A stretch of DNA of 64,000 nucleotides from assembly GCA_044222185.1 (NCBI GenBank), contig JBGANV010000001.1, positions 928,001 to 992,000 of the forward strand, written 5' to 3'. The stretch comes from Planctomycetota bacterium (lineage in GTDB: Bacteria; Planctomycetota; GCA-002687715; CAIWVZ01). Position 1 is the stretch's first letter; the number at the start of each line of letters is the position of its first letter. Below the pieces are notes generated by a model. The model was given only the letters and a program-made list of their open reading frames with translations. It was not told the origin of the DNA and did not search any database. Positions 1 to 8,436 of this stretch are shown one piece after another. Both the position numbers and the translations under genes were made by a program.

Positions 1-1177
1 CCGGCTCGGGAATGACCCGCGTGCTGCGGAACATGAGGTCGCGACGCAACGAGGCGCGGAGGTTCTCGTCCGTGAGGTCGGCGTCGAGCCGCTGCGATTC
101 GCCACCGGCTTTCACGATCCCGATGCCGCGCTCCGGCCGCGGTCGCGCGACTGCGAGGATCAGGTCTCGCACGGACCGCACGGGGCTGGTGCCGACCGTC
201 TCGATTCGATCGCCGGCGGCAATTCCAAGCTGCGCCGCTGGCGAGTCCTTCACCAACCGAGTCACGGTGAGATCCGGGCCAATCCCAAACAGACCCTTGA
301 GGTCGCCGATCTCCTCCGCGGACATGTCGAGCGGCTGGAGCGTGACGTCGAGCTCGTCCGTGCCCCTGCGGACCCGAAGGAGGCGCGGGACGAATTCCGT
401 GTGGTCCGACCGGAACTCGGCGCAGCTCATGCCGTCGACCGACAGGATGACGTCGCCAGCGCGGAGGCCTGCCGCTGCGCGATGCGCAGCAGCCGCCTCT
501 CCGCCCTTGGGCGCCTTCTCCGGCGTGACGAGTTCCTCGGTGACCTTCAGCGGTTCGGACTGTGCCAGCAGGCCGATGCCCTGGAATCCTCGGACCGAGT
601 CGCGCTTGGTCGGGACCTCGACCGTGAAGGTCCTGCCGTCGCGCTGGACGGCGAGCCTGACGTGATCCCCGCCGATTGCGATCGCCGTGAGAAGGTCCTC
701 GGAGCTGAACAGCGTGCGATCGTCGACGGACAGGACGCGATCGCCAGCATGAAGCCCGGCCTCCCACGCGGCGTCACCCTGGGTGACCGAACCGATCTCA
801 GGCACCTCGAACGGGACACCGATGGCGAATGCGATCGGAAGCGAGACGAGCGCGAAGATGATGTTCATGATCACGCCCGCCGAGATGACGAGCGTGCGCT
901 GCGCGACGGTCTTCGATGCGAATTCGTCGCTCGCACCGGTGCGCGGAGCCGACGGCGTCTCGCCGGCCATCTTGACGAATCCGCCGAGGGGAATGAGGCA
1001 GATCTTCCAGTCAGTCGTGCCTCGCCGGAAGCCCACCAGCCGCGGACCAAATCCGATGGAGAACGCCTCGACGCGAATCCCCACTGCGCGCGCGGCGAGG
1101 AAGTGGCCCAGCTCATGCACGAATATGATGAGGCCGATGCCGACGAGCGTGAGCGCCGTGTGCAGGATGTTCAGCAT
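1..1177 (-). CDS. rseP: RIP zinc metalloprotease RseP (M50) with PDZ domains; 3' end runs off the window
   Basis: Not in the ORF track. Manual translation from ATG at 1177 gives MLNILHT...IIFVHELGHFLAARAVGIRVEAFSIGFGP (HExxH), ISAGVIMN and repeated PDZ-like AGLxAGDxIxxVD segments. It overlaps the dxr stop, matching the classic dxr-rseP order. Confidence 0.93.
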   Translation of the reverse strand, partial: MLNILHTALTLVGIGLIIFVHELGHFLAARAVGIRVEAFSIGFGPRLVGFRRGTTDWKICLIPLGGFVKMAGETPSAPRTGASDEFASKTVAQRTLVISAGVIMNIIFALVSLPIAFAIGVPFEVPEIGSVTQGDAAWEAGLHAGDRVLSVDDRTLFSSEDLLTAIAIGGDHVRLAVQRDGRTFTVEVPTKRDSVRGFQGIGLLAQSEPLKVTEELVTPEKAPKGGEAAAAHRAAAGLRAGDVILSVDGMSCAEFRSDHTEFVPRLLRVRRGTDELDVTLQPLDMSAEEIGDLKGLFGIGPDLTVTRLVKDSPAAQLGIAAGDRIETVGTSPVRSVRDLILAVARPRPERGIGIVKAGGESQRLDADLTDENLRASLRRDLMFRSTRVIPEP

Positions 1178-2316
1178 GCGCCGACCTCGTCACGGGCCCA
1201 TCGATCGGCCGCCGTGATGGTCTCCAGAGTCACCGTCCCGGGATCACGGAAGCGGTCCATGGCGTGGCCCACGCGTTGGAAGATGGCGGGGAAGTTGATT
1301 TCGCCGGCGAGAAACAGCTCGACGGCGCGCTCGTTGGCGGCGTTCATCACGGTGCCCATCAGCCCGCCCTCGCGCGCCGCGCGGAATCCGAACCCAAGGC
1401 TCGGAAACCGTGCGTGGTCCGGCTCCTCGAAGGTGAGCCCGTTGAAGCGGGGAACGCTGTAGGTCGTCAGGTCGCCAGGCAGCCGGTCCGGGTAGGTGAG
1501 CGCGTACTGGATTGGCGTACACATGTCGGGCCGCCCCATCTGCGCGATCACCGAACCGTCGCGGAACAGGACCATCGAATGGACGATCGACTGCGGGTGC
1601 ACCACCACGTCCAACTGACCGGCGGTGGCGTCGAACAACCATCGCGCCTCGACGACTTCGAGGGCCTTGTTCATGAGCGTGGCCGAGTCGACGGTGATCT
1701 TGGGACCCATCTTCCACGTGGGGTGGGTCAGTGCCTCCTCGCGCGTCACCGAGGCGAAGGTGTTCGCGGGGCGGGTCCTGAACGGACCTCCGCTCGCCGT
1801 GAGGATCAGCTTCGCGACTTCGCTCGGCCTGCCGGACTGAAGCGCCTGAAAGATCGCGCTGTGTTCGGAGTCGACCGGGAGGATCTCCGCGCCATTCTTC
1901 CGGGCCTCGGCCATGAGGAGCGGGCCGGCTGTGACGAGCGATTCCTTGTTCGCCAGCGCGAGCCGTTTGCCGGTCCGGACGGCAGCCAGGCTCACGGGAA
2001 GGCCGGCGGCCCCGGTGATGGCGTTCAGCACGATCTCGACGTCCGGGCGGGACGCGGCGGCAACGAGCGCATCCGTGCCGCCGAGCATCTCGCCGCTGAA
2101 CGTTCCGTTGAGCCGGTCCCTGAGTGCGGTGACGCGACTCGAGTCGGCGACGACCGCGACCTTGGGCTTCCACCGGTGGACCTGTGTTGCCAGTTCATCG
2201 GCGGATCGGGCGGCGGCGAGGGCTACGACCTCGAAGGTGCCCGGGAGGTTCTCGACGACTTTGAGAGCGTTTTGACCGACGGACCCCGTCGATCCGAAGA
2301 TCGCAAGCTTGCGCAT
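1171..2316 (-). CDS. dxr: 1-deoxy-D-xylulose-5-phosphate reductoisomerase
   Basis: GSTGSVG NADPH motif, LANKESLV, LPVDSEHSAIFQ, LTASGGPFR, HPTWKMGPKITVDSATLMNK. Confidence 0.98.
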   Translation of the reverse strand: MRKLAIFGSTGSVGQNALKVVENLPGTFEVVALAAARSADELATQVHRWKPKVAVVADSSRVTALRDRLNGTFSGEMLGGTDALVAAASRPDVEIVLNAITGAAGLPVSLAAVRTGKRLALANKESLVTAGPLLMAEARKNGAEILPVDSEHSAIFQALQSGRPSEVAKLILTASGGPFRTRPANTFASVTREEALTHPTWKMGPKITVDSATLMNKALEVVEARWLFDATAGQLDVVVHPQSIVHSMVLFRDGSVIAQMGRPDMCTPIQYALTYPDRLPGDLTTYSVPRFNGLTFEEPDHARFPSLGFGFRAAREGGLMGTVMNAANERAVELFLAGEINFPAIFQRVGHAMDRFRDPGTVTLETITAADRWARDEVGAC

Positions 2317-2462
2317 GGGGGGTCAGTCCAGGTGTGAGGGCGCTGTCCGGTTATGGTCCATCGAGTTGGGTGTCAGGGTGTCCCGCGTGCGTGGCGCACG
2401 GAACGCAGGAAGTCGCGGACTATACGGGTGAGCCCTGCTCCGGACAACGCGCCCACCGCCCT

Positions 2463-2479
2463 CTGGCATGTCATGTGCA
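2463..2479 (+). promoter_or_regulatory. possible sigma-54 (-24/-12) promoter for the TPR gene cluster
   Basis: CTGGCATGTCATGTGCA has GG-N10-GC spacing and is close to TGGCAC-N5-TTGC; about 60 bp upstream of the likely start. Confidence 0.4.
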
Positions 2480-2536
2480 CAGGTAGGCTGTGACGGGTCC
2501 TGAATCGTGGGGTTTTCGCAACCTGGAGGTAACGCT

Positions 2537-4102
2537 TTGAAATCAACCCGGGGTGGGCGCCGCGCCGCGGCCTTCGCTGTCGTGTTGTTTCTCGGATTTC
2601 CGCTGACCGCGCAGGACACCAGACCGGGCGAGCGGGGCGAACGGCCGACGGTTTCGGAAATCCAACGGCTGCTCGGCTCGGACGACGCGCGCGGTGCCCT
2701 CGATGCGGCGACTGCAGCGCTCGGCTTCGCGCCGCGCGATCTGGAGCTCAACCTCCTTGCGTGTGCGGCCGCGTACCGGATGGATGACGTCCGGCTCGCA
2801 CGTCACTACGCGGACGTCGCCACTACCATCGCCCCGACGGATCCCCGGGGATTCGAATGGTCGGGATTCGTCCTCTTCCGGCTGGGCGAAACGGAGGCCC
2901 GCGCGACTGAGTCCTCCGTGACCAGGATGGTGGCGCAGGCCAGTTTTCTCGACGCGGCGACGTGCCATGCGGAGGCGCGGAAGCTCGGCGGCGACGGTTT
3001 CAAGAATGCATGGTTCGAGGCGGAGGCACTCCGTCAGGCGGGGAGTTTCGATCGCGCGCTTGCGGCGTGCGACGCGGCCCTGGCGCTCAAGCCAAAGGAC
3101 GCGTCGGCCCGCGTCTTGAAGGGGCGGATCCTCAACGACGCGAAACGGCCCGCCGATGCGCTGGCGGAGTTCGACGCCGTGTTGTCGGAAACGCCGGATG
3201 CGACCGAGGCCGGGGAGGCCGCGCTGAACGTGATCACGACCCATCTCGCGACCGGTGACCGCGTGATGCTGGCTCGCCGGTTCAAGGAGTTGACGACGCG
3301 GTACCCGGGGACGTGGGCCGCATCGATGTACCGGTCGATGAACAATGCGTTTCGCGGAGCGGGGGACGACAGCTTCTGGCCCGATCTCCTGGCATCGCTG
3401 GCGTCCAGAGGCGACTCGGACACGCTCGGCATCTATTACCGGGGCGACCTGGCGCTGCGGCGCGGTCGCACCAAGGAGGCCCTGGAGACGCTGGGCCACT
3501 ACGTCCAGCTCCTTCCGAACGAGCCCTACGGATGGATCTCACTGGGGACGGCGCAGACCATGGACGGGAAACTGGCCGAGGCGCGGACGTCACTCGGACG
3601 GTCGTTCGACCTCGGCGTCGACCGGGACGATGCGACCAAGGCGTTCCGAACCCTCGTCGCTGCGTACCACACGGCGAGGAAGTATGCGGAGGCTGCGGAG
3701 GTCCAGGCGTTCGTCGTGTACCTGACGGACGATGACGCGGATCGTCTCGATCATGCAGTCATCCTGCTGGATGCGGGTCGGTTGGATGACGCGGAGAAGG
3801 GATACCAGCTCATGCTGGCTCGACGGGACCTCCCGGCTCAAACGCGCGCGAAAGTCCTCAACTACCTGGGGCTCCTCCGGCGCGGCCTTTCGAACCTGAA
3901 AGAGGCCGAGGCGCTTTTTCGGGAGGCAGTCCAGTATTGGCCGGACGACCTGGACGCCAAGGAGAACCTCGCCGTCCTGCTCATCCAGACCGGCCGCGCC
4001 GATCAGGCGAAACCCCTACTCGACGACTGTCTCCGCGTGGAGTCAGGCCGTGTCCGCTCCATACATCACCGGCTTCTCGCCGAGTTCCCCGGAATGCCGT
4101 GA
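2537..4102 (+). CDS. exported tetratricopeptide-repeat protein
   Basis: Signal-like N-terminus, many TPR-like helical repeats (e.g. KVLNYLGLLRRG...AEALFREAVQYWPDDLDAKENLA). TTG start chosen because GGAGGT precedes it. Confidence 0.8.
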   Translation: MKSTRGGRRAAAFAVVLFLGFPLTAQDTRPGERGERPTVSEIQRLLGSDDARGALDAATAALGFAPRDLELNLLACAAAYRMDDVRLARHYADVATTIAPTDPRGFEWSGFVLFRLGETEARATESSVTRMVAQASFLDAATCHAEARKLGGDGFKNAWFEAEALRQAGSFDRALAACDAALALKPKDASARVLKGRILNDAKRPADALAEFDAVLSETPDATEAGEAALNVITTHLATGDRVMLARRFKELTTRYPGTWAASMYRSMNNAFRGAGDDSFWPDLLASLASRGDSDTLGIYYRGDLALRRGRTKEALETLGHYVQLLPNEPYGWISLGTAQTMDGKLAEARTSLGRSFDLGVDRDDATKAFRTLVAAYHTARKYAEAAEVQAFVVYLTDDDADRLDHAVILLDAGRLDDAEKGYQLMLARRDLPAQTRAKVLNYLGLLRRGLSNLKEAEALFREAVQYWPDDLDAKENLAVLLIQTGRADQAKPLLDDCLRVESGRVRSIHHRLLAEFPGMP

Positions 4103-4197
4103 CCGCGGATGCCCGTCCGGTTGACCGGAAGCGCACGGCGCACGTACGATCTGCGGGAGCGACGAATGTCCTGCCTCGGCGGAGCCTTCACCCCACC

Positions 4198-5625
4198 ATG
4201 AACACACGACGAATCGTCTCGTCCGGCGTCCTCTTTCTCCTCGTGATCAGCAGGCTCGTGCTTGCTCAGGGTACGCCGCTGCCGGATGCGGACATGAAGA
4301 AGCTCGTCGACAGCCTCGGGCGCGCCTTTCCGTGGCCCGGAGTGCAGTCGGATGACAAGAAGCGCAAGGAAGGCCGCGACGACTTCGGCAAGGAACTCGA
4401 GCGGATCTCGAAGGCGAATGCGACGCCCCCGCTCCTCTCGCGCATGGATGTCTGGGGCGAGATCTTCGCTCAGCAGCGTGTGGGCATGAAGGCGCCGGCC
4501 GGGCTCGGTGGTGTCGTGGACAAAGTGGTCAAGCGCACGACGTCCGGCAAGGCTGTCGAGTTCCATTACGGCCTCTACCTGCCGTCCAACTACGACGCGA
4601 AGAAACGCTACGGCCTGATCGTCGCGCTTCACGACAAGCCGGAGAAGGACAAGCAGACCACAGGGCAGAAGTACCTCGAAGAGGTCTGGATGAACAAAGG
4701 CCTTCCGAAGGCCGACCGGGACAAGTTCATCATCGTCGCTCCGACCATGGGCCCGAACGCCGGTGGCAAGGAAATCCGCATCGAGTGGGGCGACAAGTAC
4801 CACTTCTACAACGTCTACTGGCCTCTCACGGACGTGATGACCAACTACGCCGTCGACACGAGCCGCATCTACCTCGACGGCACCGGCGACGGTGGGAACT
4901 TCGCGCTCCTCCTGGCGACACTGCGACCCCACCAATGGGCCGGCGTCGCCGCGCGCAACACGGTTCCCAAGGACACGGCCTCCCTCACGAATCTCGAGAA
5001 CGTTCCGACGACGTTCCATTACCGGAAGGGCGGCGCCTTTGCGACGACCGTTGGTCTGATCTCTGCGCTCGAGCAGCTGAAGACCGTGAACGGCGTGCCG
5101 GTGACGCTCAAGGAATACGACCCGCTTCCCGAGGCCCAGGAACGCGCCGCCAAGGGAACCCAGGCGACCGACCCGATCCATGACGCGACGACGGCGATCG
5201 CCGCAGGCTTCGCAGAAGCCGTTCGAACGACGGCCGCGAAGAAACTCACCTATCAGACCTCCGACCACATGTTCGACCGCGCCTATTGGGTGCGGCTCAT
5301 CACGTTCGACACGGCCGGACAGCCGGCGAAGGTCACCGGGACGGTCGACTCCGCGACGAACACCATCGACCTCAACGTCGAGCGCGTGGACGAGCTGCGT
5401 CTGTTCCTGCAGGACTCGATCGTCGACCTCACGAAGCCCGTGAAGGTGATGGTGAACGGCAAGCTCAACGTCGAGCAGAAATTCGAGCGTTCGATCGACG
5501 AGCTCCTGAAGTTCTACGAGAAGAACAACCTGGATCCGTACGGTGCACCCACGGCGATCCTGGACGTGAAGATTCCCCTCGCGGCGCCAGAGACGAAGCC
5601 CGGTGACAACCCTCCCAAGGACTGA
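4198..5625 (+). CDS. exported alpha/beta-hydrolase-fold protein (predicted peptidase/esterase-like); nucleophile Ser apparently absent
   Basis: Signal peptide; YGLYLPSNYDAKKRYGLIVALH, FIIVAP and VDTSRIYLDGTGDGG resemble the carboxylesterase/PHB-depolymerase-like family. Confidence 0.7.
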   Translation: MNTRRIVSSGVLFLLVISRLVLAQGTPLPDADMKKLVDSLGRAFPWPGVQSDDKKRKEGRDDFGKELERISKANATPPLLSRMDVWGEIFAQQRVGMKAPAGLGGVVDKVVKRTTSGKAVEFHYGLYLPSNYDAKKRYGLIVALHDKPEKDKQTTGQKYLEEVWMNKGLPKADRDKFIIVAPTMGPNAGGKEIRIEWGDKYHFYNVYWPLTDVMTNYAVDTSRIYLDGTGDGGNFALLLATLRPHQWAGVAARNTVPKDTASLTNLENVPTTFHYRKGGAFATTVGLISALEQLKTVNGVPVTLKEYDPLPEAQERAAKGTQATDPIHDATTAIAAGFAEAVRTTAAKKLTYQTSDHMFDRAYWVRLITFDTAGQPAKVTGTVDSATNTIDLNVERVDELRLFLQDSIVDLTKPVKVMVNGKLNVEQKFERSIDELLKFYEKNNLDPYGAPTAILDVKIPLAAPETKPGDNPPKD

Positions 5626-7177
5626 GGCCGGGGCGCGCCGGCCCTCGGCCGTGGCCCTGTGCGTCGCCGCCGCCCTGTCAGGTTGCGGCGTCATGCTCGT
5701 GGAGCTGACGACGACGCGGCTTCTTGCTCCGTGGTTCGGCGCATCGATCTACTGCTGGACCAACGTGATCGCGGTGGTGCTCCTGTGCCTCGCCGCGGGC
5801 TATGCGGCCGGCGGACGCCTCGCCGATCGCCGGCCGGAAGCGCGCCTCCTCGGGTGGTTGCTCGTCGTCGGCGCGCTGCTCCTCGTTCCCGCACCGTTTC
5901 TGGGTCCGTGGCTCTCGCCGAAACTGATGCCGGCGCCGGAACTCTCGGATCCGACGAGCGCAACCGGCAGCATCGTAATCGGGAGTTTCGCGGCAACGCT
6001 GCTCCTCTTCGGCGCACCGCTGATTCTCCTTGGATGCGTTTGCCCATTCCTCACGCGACTGCTGAGTGACCACGGTGCCGCGTCCGGCGGGGCTGCGGGG
6101 CGCATTCTCTGCTGGTCGACCCTCGGCAGTCTCCTGGGGACCTACCTTCCGGCGCACGTGCTCCTCGAACATCTGGGCTCGCGCGGCACGATCCTGGCGG
6201 CGAGCGGCACGATCCTGCTCGCGGGCGTCATCGTCATGACGACGGTGAGAGGACGCGCGACTGCGGCGGCTGGAATGCTGTTCGTCCTTGGCATTGCGCC
6301 AGCGGCATCACGGCTTCCGTTCGTGGCACCCGTCGGGAACGAGTCGATCCTGCGGGAGCTCGAGAGCCCATACCAATACGTACGCATCGCGCGGTGGCCC
6401 GCTGACGGGGGACGCCCCGCGTCGGTCAACTTGAGCCTCGACGAGGGCACGACCGAGTTCCATTCACGGCGACTCGAGGACGAGTCGGGTCTGACGAACG
6501 CCTACTACGACTACCTCGCCGTGCTCCCGGACTGGATCGCCGACAGCGACCGGAATCCGATCGACGTGCTCGACATCGGGGGTGCCGCAGGGACGCTGCG
6601 TGGATGCTTGCGCAGGTTCCAGAACTCACGGGTGCGCGCGGTGACCGACGTCGAGATCGACGCGGTCGTCGCCGGGCTCGCTCTACAGTTCGGCGGAGCG
6701 GTGGCGGTGCCTGACCGAGTCATCGTCGCGGACGGCCGCACGGCATTGTCACGCCTGTCGGACCGCTTCGACCTCATCGTTCTCGACGCCTACACCCGTC
6801 AGCTCGCGATCCCGGCACACCTGGCGACGGCCGAGGCTTTTCGGAGCATGAAGGAGCGGTTGACTCCACGCGGGATCCTGGCGCTGAACGTTTCCGTCGC
6901 CGACTTGCAGTCGCCTTTGTGCCGAGCCCTGGCCGGCACGTTGGGGGAGGCGTTCCCGGCCGTGTGGTCGGTGTCCGTCGAAGGGAGCTGGAACGTCGTC
7001 ATGATCGCCGGAGCCCTCTTGCCACCGAATGAATCACCCGTGGCGCGTGGGGACGCCTTGGATCCGACGCGACATCTCTTTCGCAAGAGCCTCCATCGCC
7101 TGGATGCGCGGGCACCGTATCGGCGCTTGACGGATGACTGCGCTCCGTTGGAGACGTTGGCCCGTGAGATTCGGTGA
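5603..7177 (+). CDS. fused MFS-like membrane domain / spermidine synthase-like SAM-dependent domain protein
   Basis: N-terminal TM region (VMLVELTTTRLLAPWFGAS, STLGSLLGT); C-terminal ESPYQY, VLDIGGAAG, VEID, ADGR, FDLIVLDAY. Confidence 0.88.
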   Translation: MTTLPRTEAGARRPSAVALCVAAALSGCGVMLVELTTTRLLAPWFGASIYCWTNVIAVVLLCLAAGYAAGGRLADRRPEARLLGWLLVVGALLLVPAPFLGPWLSPKLMPAPELSDPTSATGSIVIGSFAATLLLFGAPLILLGCVCPFLTRLLSDHGAASGGAAGRILCWSTLGSLLGTYLPAHVLLEHLGSRGTILAASGTILLAGVIVMTTVRGRATAAAGMLFVLGIAPAASRLPFVAPVGNESILRELESPYQYVRIARWPADGGRPASVNLSLDEGTTEFHSRRLEDESGLTNAYYDYLAVLPDWIADSDRNPIDVLDIGGAAGTLRGCLRRFQNSRVRAVTDVEIDAVVAGLALQFGGAVAVPDRVIVADGRTALSRLSDRFDLIVLDAYTRQLAIPAHLATAEAFRSMKERLTPRGILALNVSVADLQSPLCRALAGTLGEAFPAVWSVSVEGSWNVVMIAGALLPPNESPVARGDALDPTRHLFRKSLHRLDARAPYRRLTDDCAPLETLAREIR

Positions 7178-7199
7178 ACGAGCAGGAACGTTCTTCTGC

Positions 7200-7787
7200 A
7201 TGCTCGCCGCCCTGCTCCTCGGCGCGACCTGCTGCCGGGCCCAGGTCGACAGTGCGGCGCGGATCGCCGTGAACCTGGCTGACGGTGACTGGGCCACGGC
7301 ATCTGGAACGCTGGCCCGGTTCACGCAGAACCAGGAAACACGCTGGGAAACGTTGCCGGCGTCGCTTTCCGCGTTCCGCGCCGGAGGCTCGATGGACCTG
7401 TGGCTTTCGGTGATGGAGCCTCTCGCCGAGGCGACCCCCAACGATGCGCAGCTCCAATTCCACGTGGGCGCCGCGTGGCAGTCGCTGAAGGAGATCGGCA
7501 AGGCCGACGTCCGATTGGGTCGCGCGCTTCGATCGGAGCCCGGCAACGCGATCTTCCAGGAGTTCTTCGCTTGGAACGCGGCCTACAGGTTCGATGCGGA
7601 AGAAGCGTTGCGGCGCTCGGCGGCGGCGACGTTCACGACCGCGGATACGTTCCGCGCCGAGCAACGCCGCCGCTTGGATGCTCAACCCGTCACCACGCTG
7701 TGGGGCAGCGTCGTGTGTGGCGTCCTCCTGTGCGGGATCGTCTTCGGCCTCGTCTGGCGGGCAGGTCGGGGACTCGCAAGCCCCTGA
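7200..7787 (+). CDS. hypothetical membrane-anchored protein, TPR-like
   Basis: Hydrophobic N-terminal signal, TPR-like segment (PNDAQLQFHVGAAW...RALRSEPGN) and C-terminal TM helix; start uncertain. Confidence 0.55.
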   Translation: MLAALLLGATCCRAQVDSAARIAVNLADGDWATASGTLARFTQNQETRWETLPASLSAFRAGGSMDLWLSVMEPLAEATPNDAQLQFHVGAAWQSLKEIGKADVRLGRALRSEPGNAIFQEFFAWNAAYRFDAEEALRRSAAATFTTADTFRAEQRRRLDAQPVTTLWGSVVCGVLLCGIVFGLVWRAGRGLASP

Positions 7788-8377
7788 TGGCTGCGTGATC
7801 GCACGCCGCCGGAACAGTGGGGCGCCGAAGCCCCGCGTGGGCGATGCTGCGGGTCCCGGATCTCGGTCGACGTCTTGCGCCGCGCCGTGAGTCCTTTGGT
7901 GCCTGTGAGAATCCGCGCGGCGGGGCGGCCTCAGCGTTTCGCTACGGACGTCGAGGCCACGGCCTGGAGGTTCCTGGCTTCCGGCCTGGAGGAGTCGGCT
8001 TCTCCTCGCGACGGCGCCCGTCGTGCCGCTCGCGTCGGCTCGAGGGGTGCCATCGAGCCGGCCGACGGGGGCGCGCCTTTCCGGACCATCGCTGGCAGAG
8101 GCATTCTGTGACTCTCGGCGGGCGTGATCGGCGGACGCCGGGCGCGTGCTTCGCCGGGAACGCCTGCAGGGTGCTGATCCCCCCGTGCGGGCGCGGTGGG
8201 AAGTGCGATCGGAGCGGCGACTCCGAAACGTGCGCCGGGGGAGACCGGCCCTGGCTCCGCCCACGCCTCCGATACAGGGGTCCGGATGGAGACCGGGGTC
8301 GGCGAGACGGACGCCGCCGTGGCCTCCAGTCTTCGGCGTCCGACCGCACGAGAAGGCACTCGATGCCCACGAACGAA

Positions 8378-8408
8378 GAAAGCCCGCAGGCCAGGCCTGC
8401 GGGCTTTC
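8378..8408. terminator. rho-independent terminator hairpin downstream of the HEAT-repeat gene (possibly bidirectional)
   Basis: GAAAGCCCGCAGGC-CAG-GCCTGCGGGCTTTC is a perfect 14-bp stem about 30 bp after the stop at 8437. Confidence 0.8.
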
Positions 8409-8436
8409 GTGATGCGACGTTGCCGTCGCAATCCGA

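Noticed and set aside
12-1462. Long plus-strand ORFs 12..665 and 401..1462
   Set aside because: They are antisense shadows of rseP and dxr; the minus frame carries the HExxH and PDZ motifs.
7931-8431. 166-aa minus-strand ORF downstream of the HEAT gene
   Set aside because: It spans the terminator hairpin, lacks an RBS and has shadow-like Arg/Pro/Ala composition.
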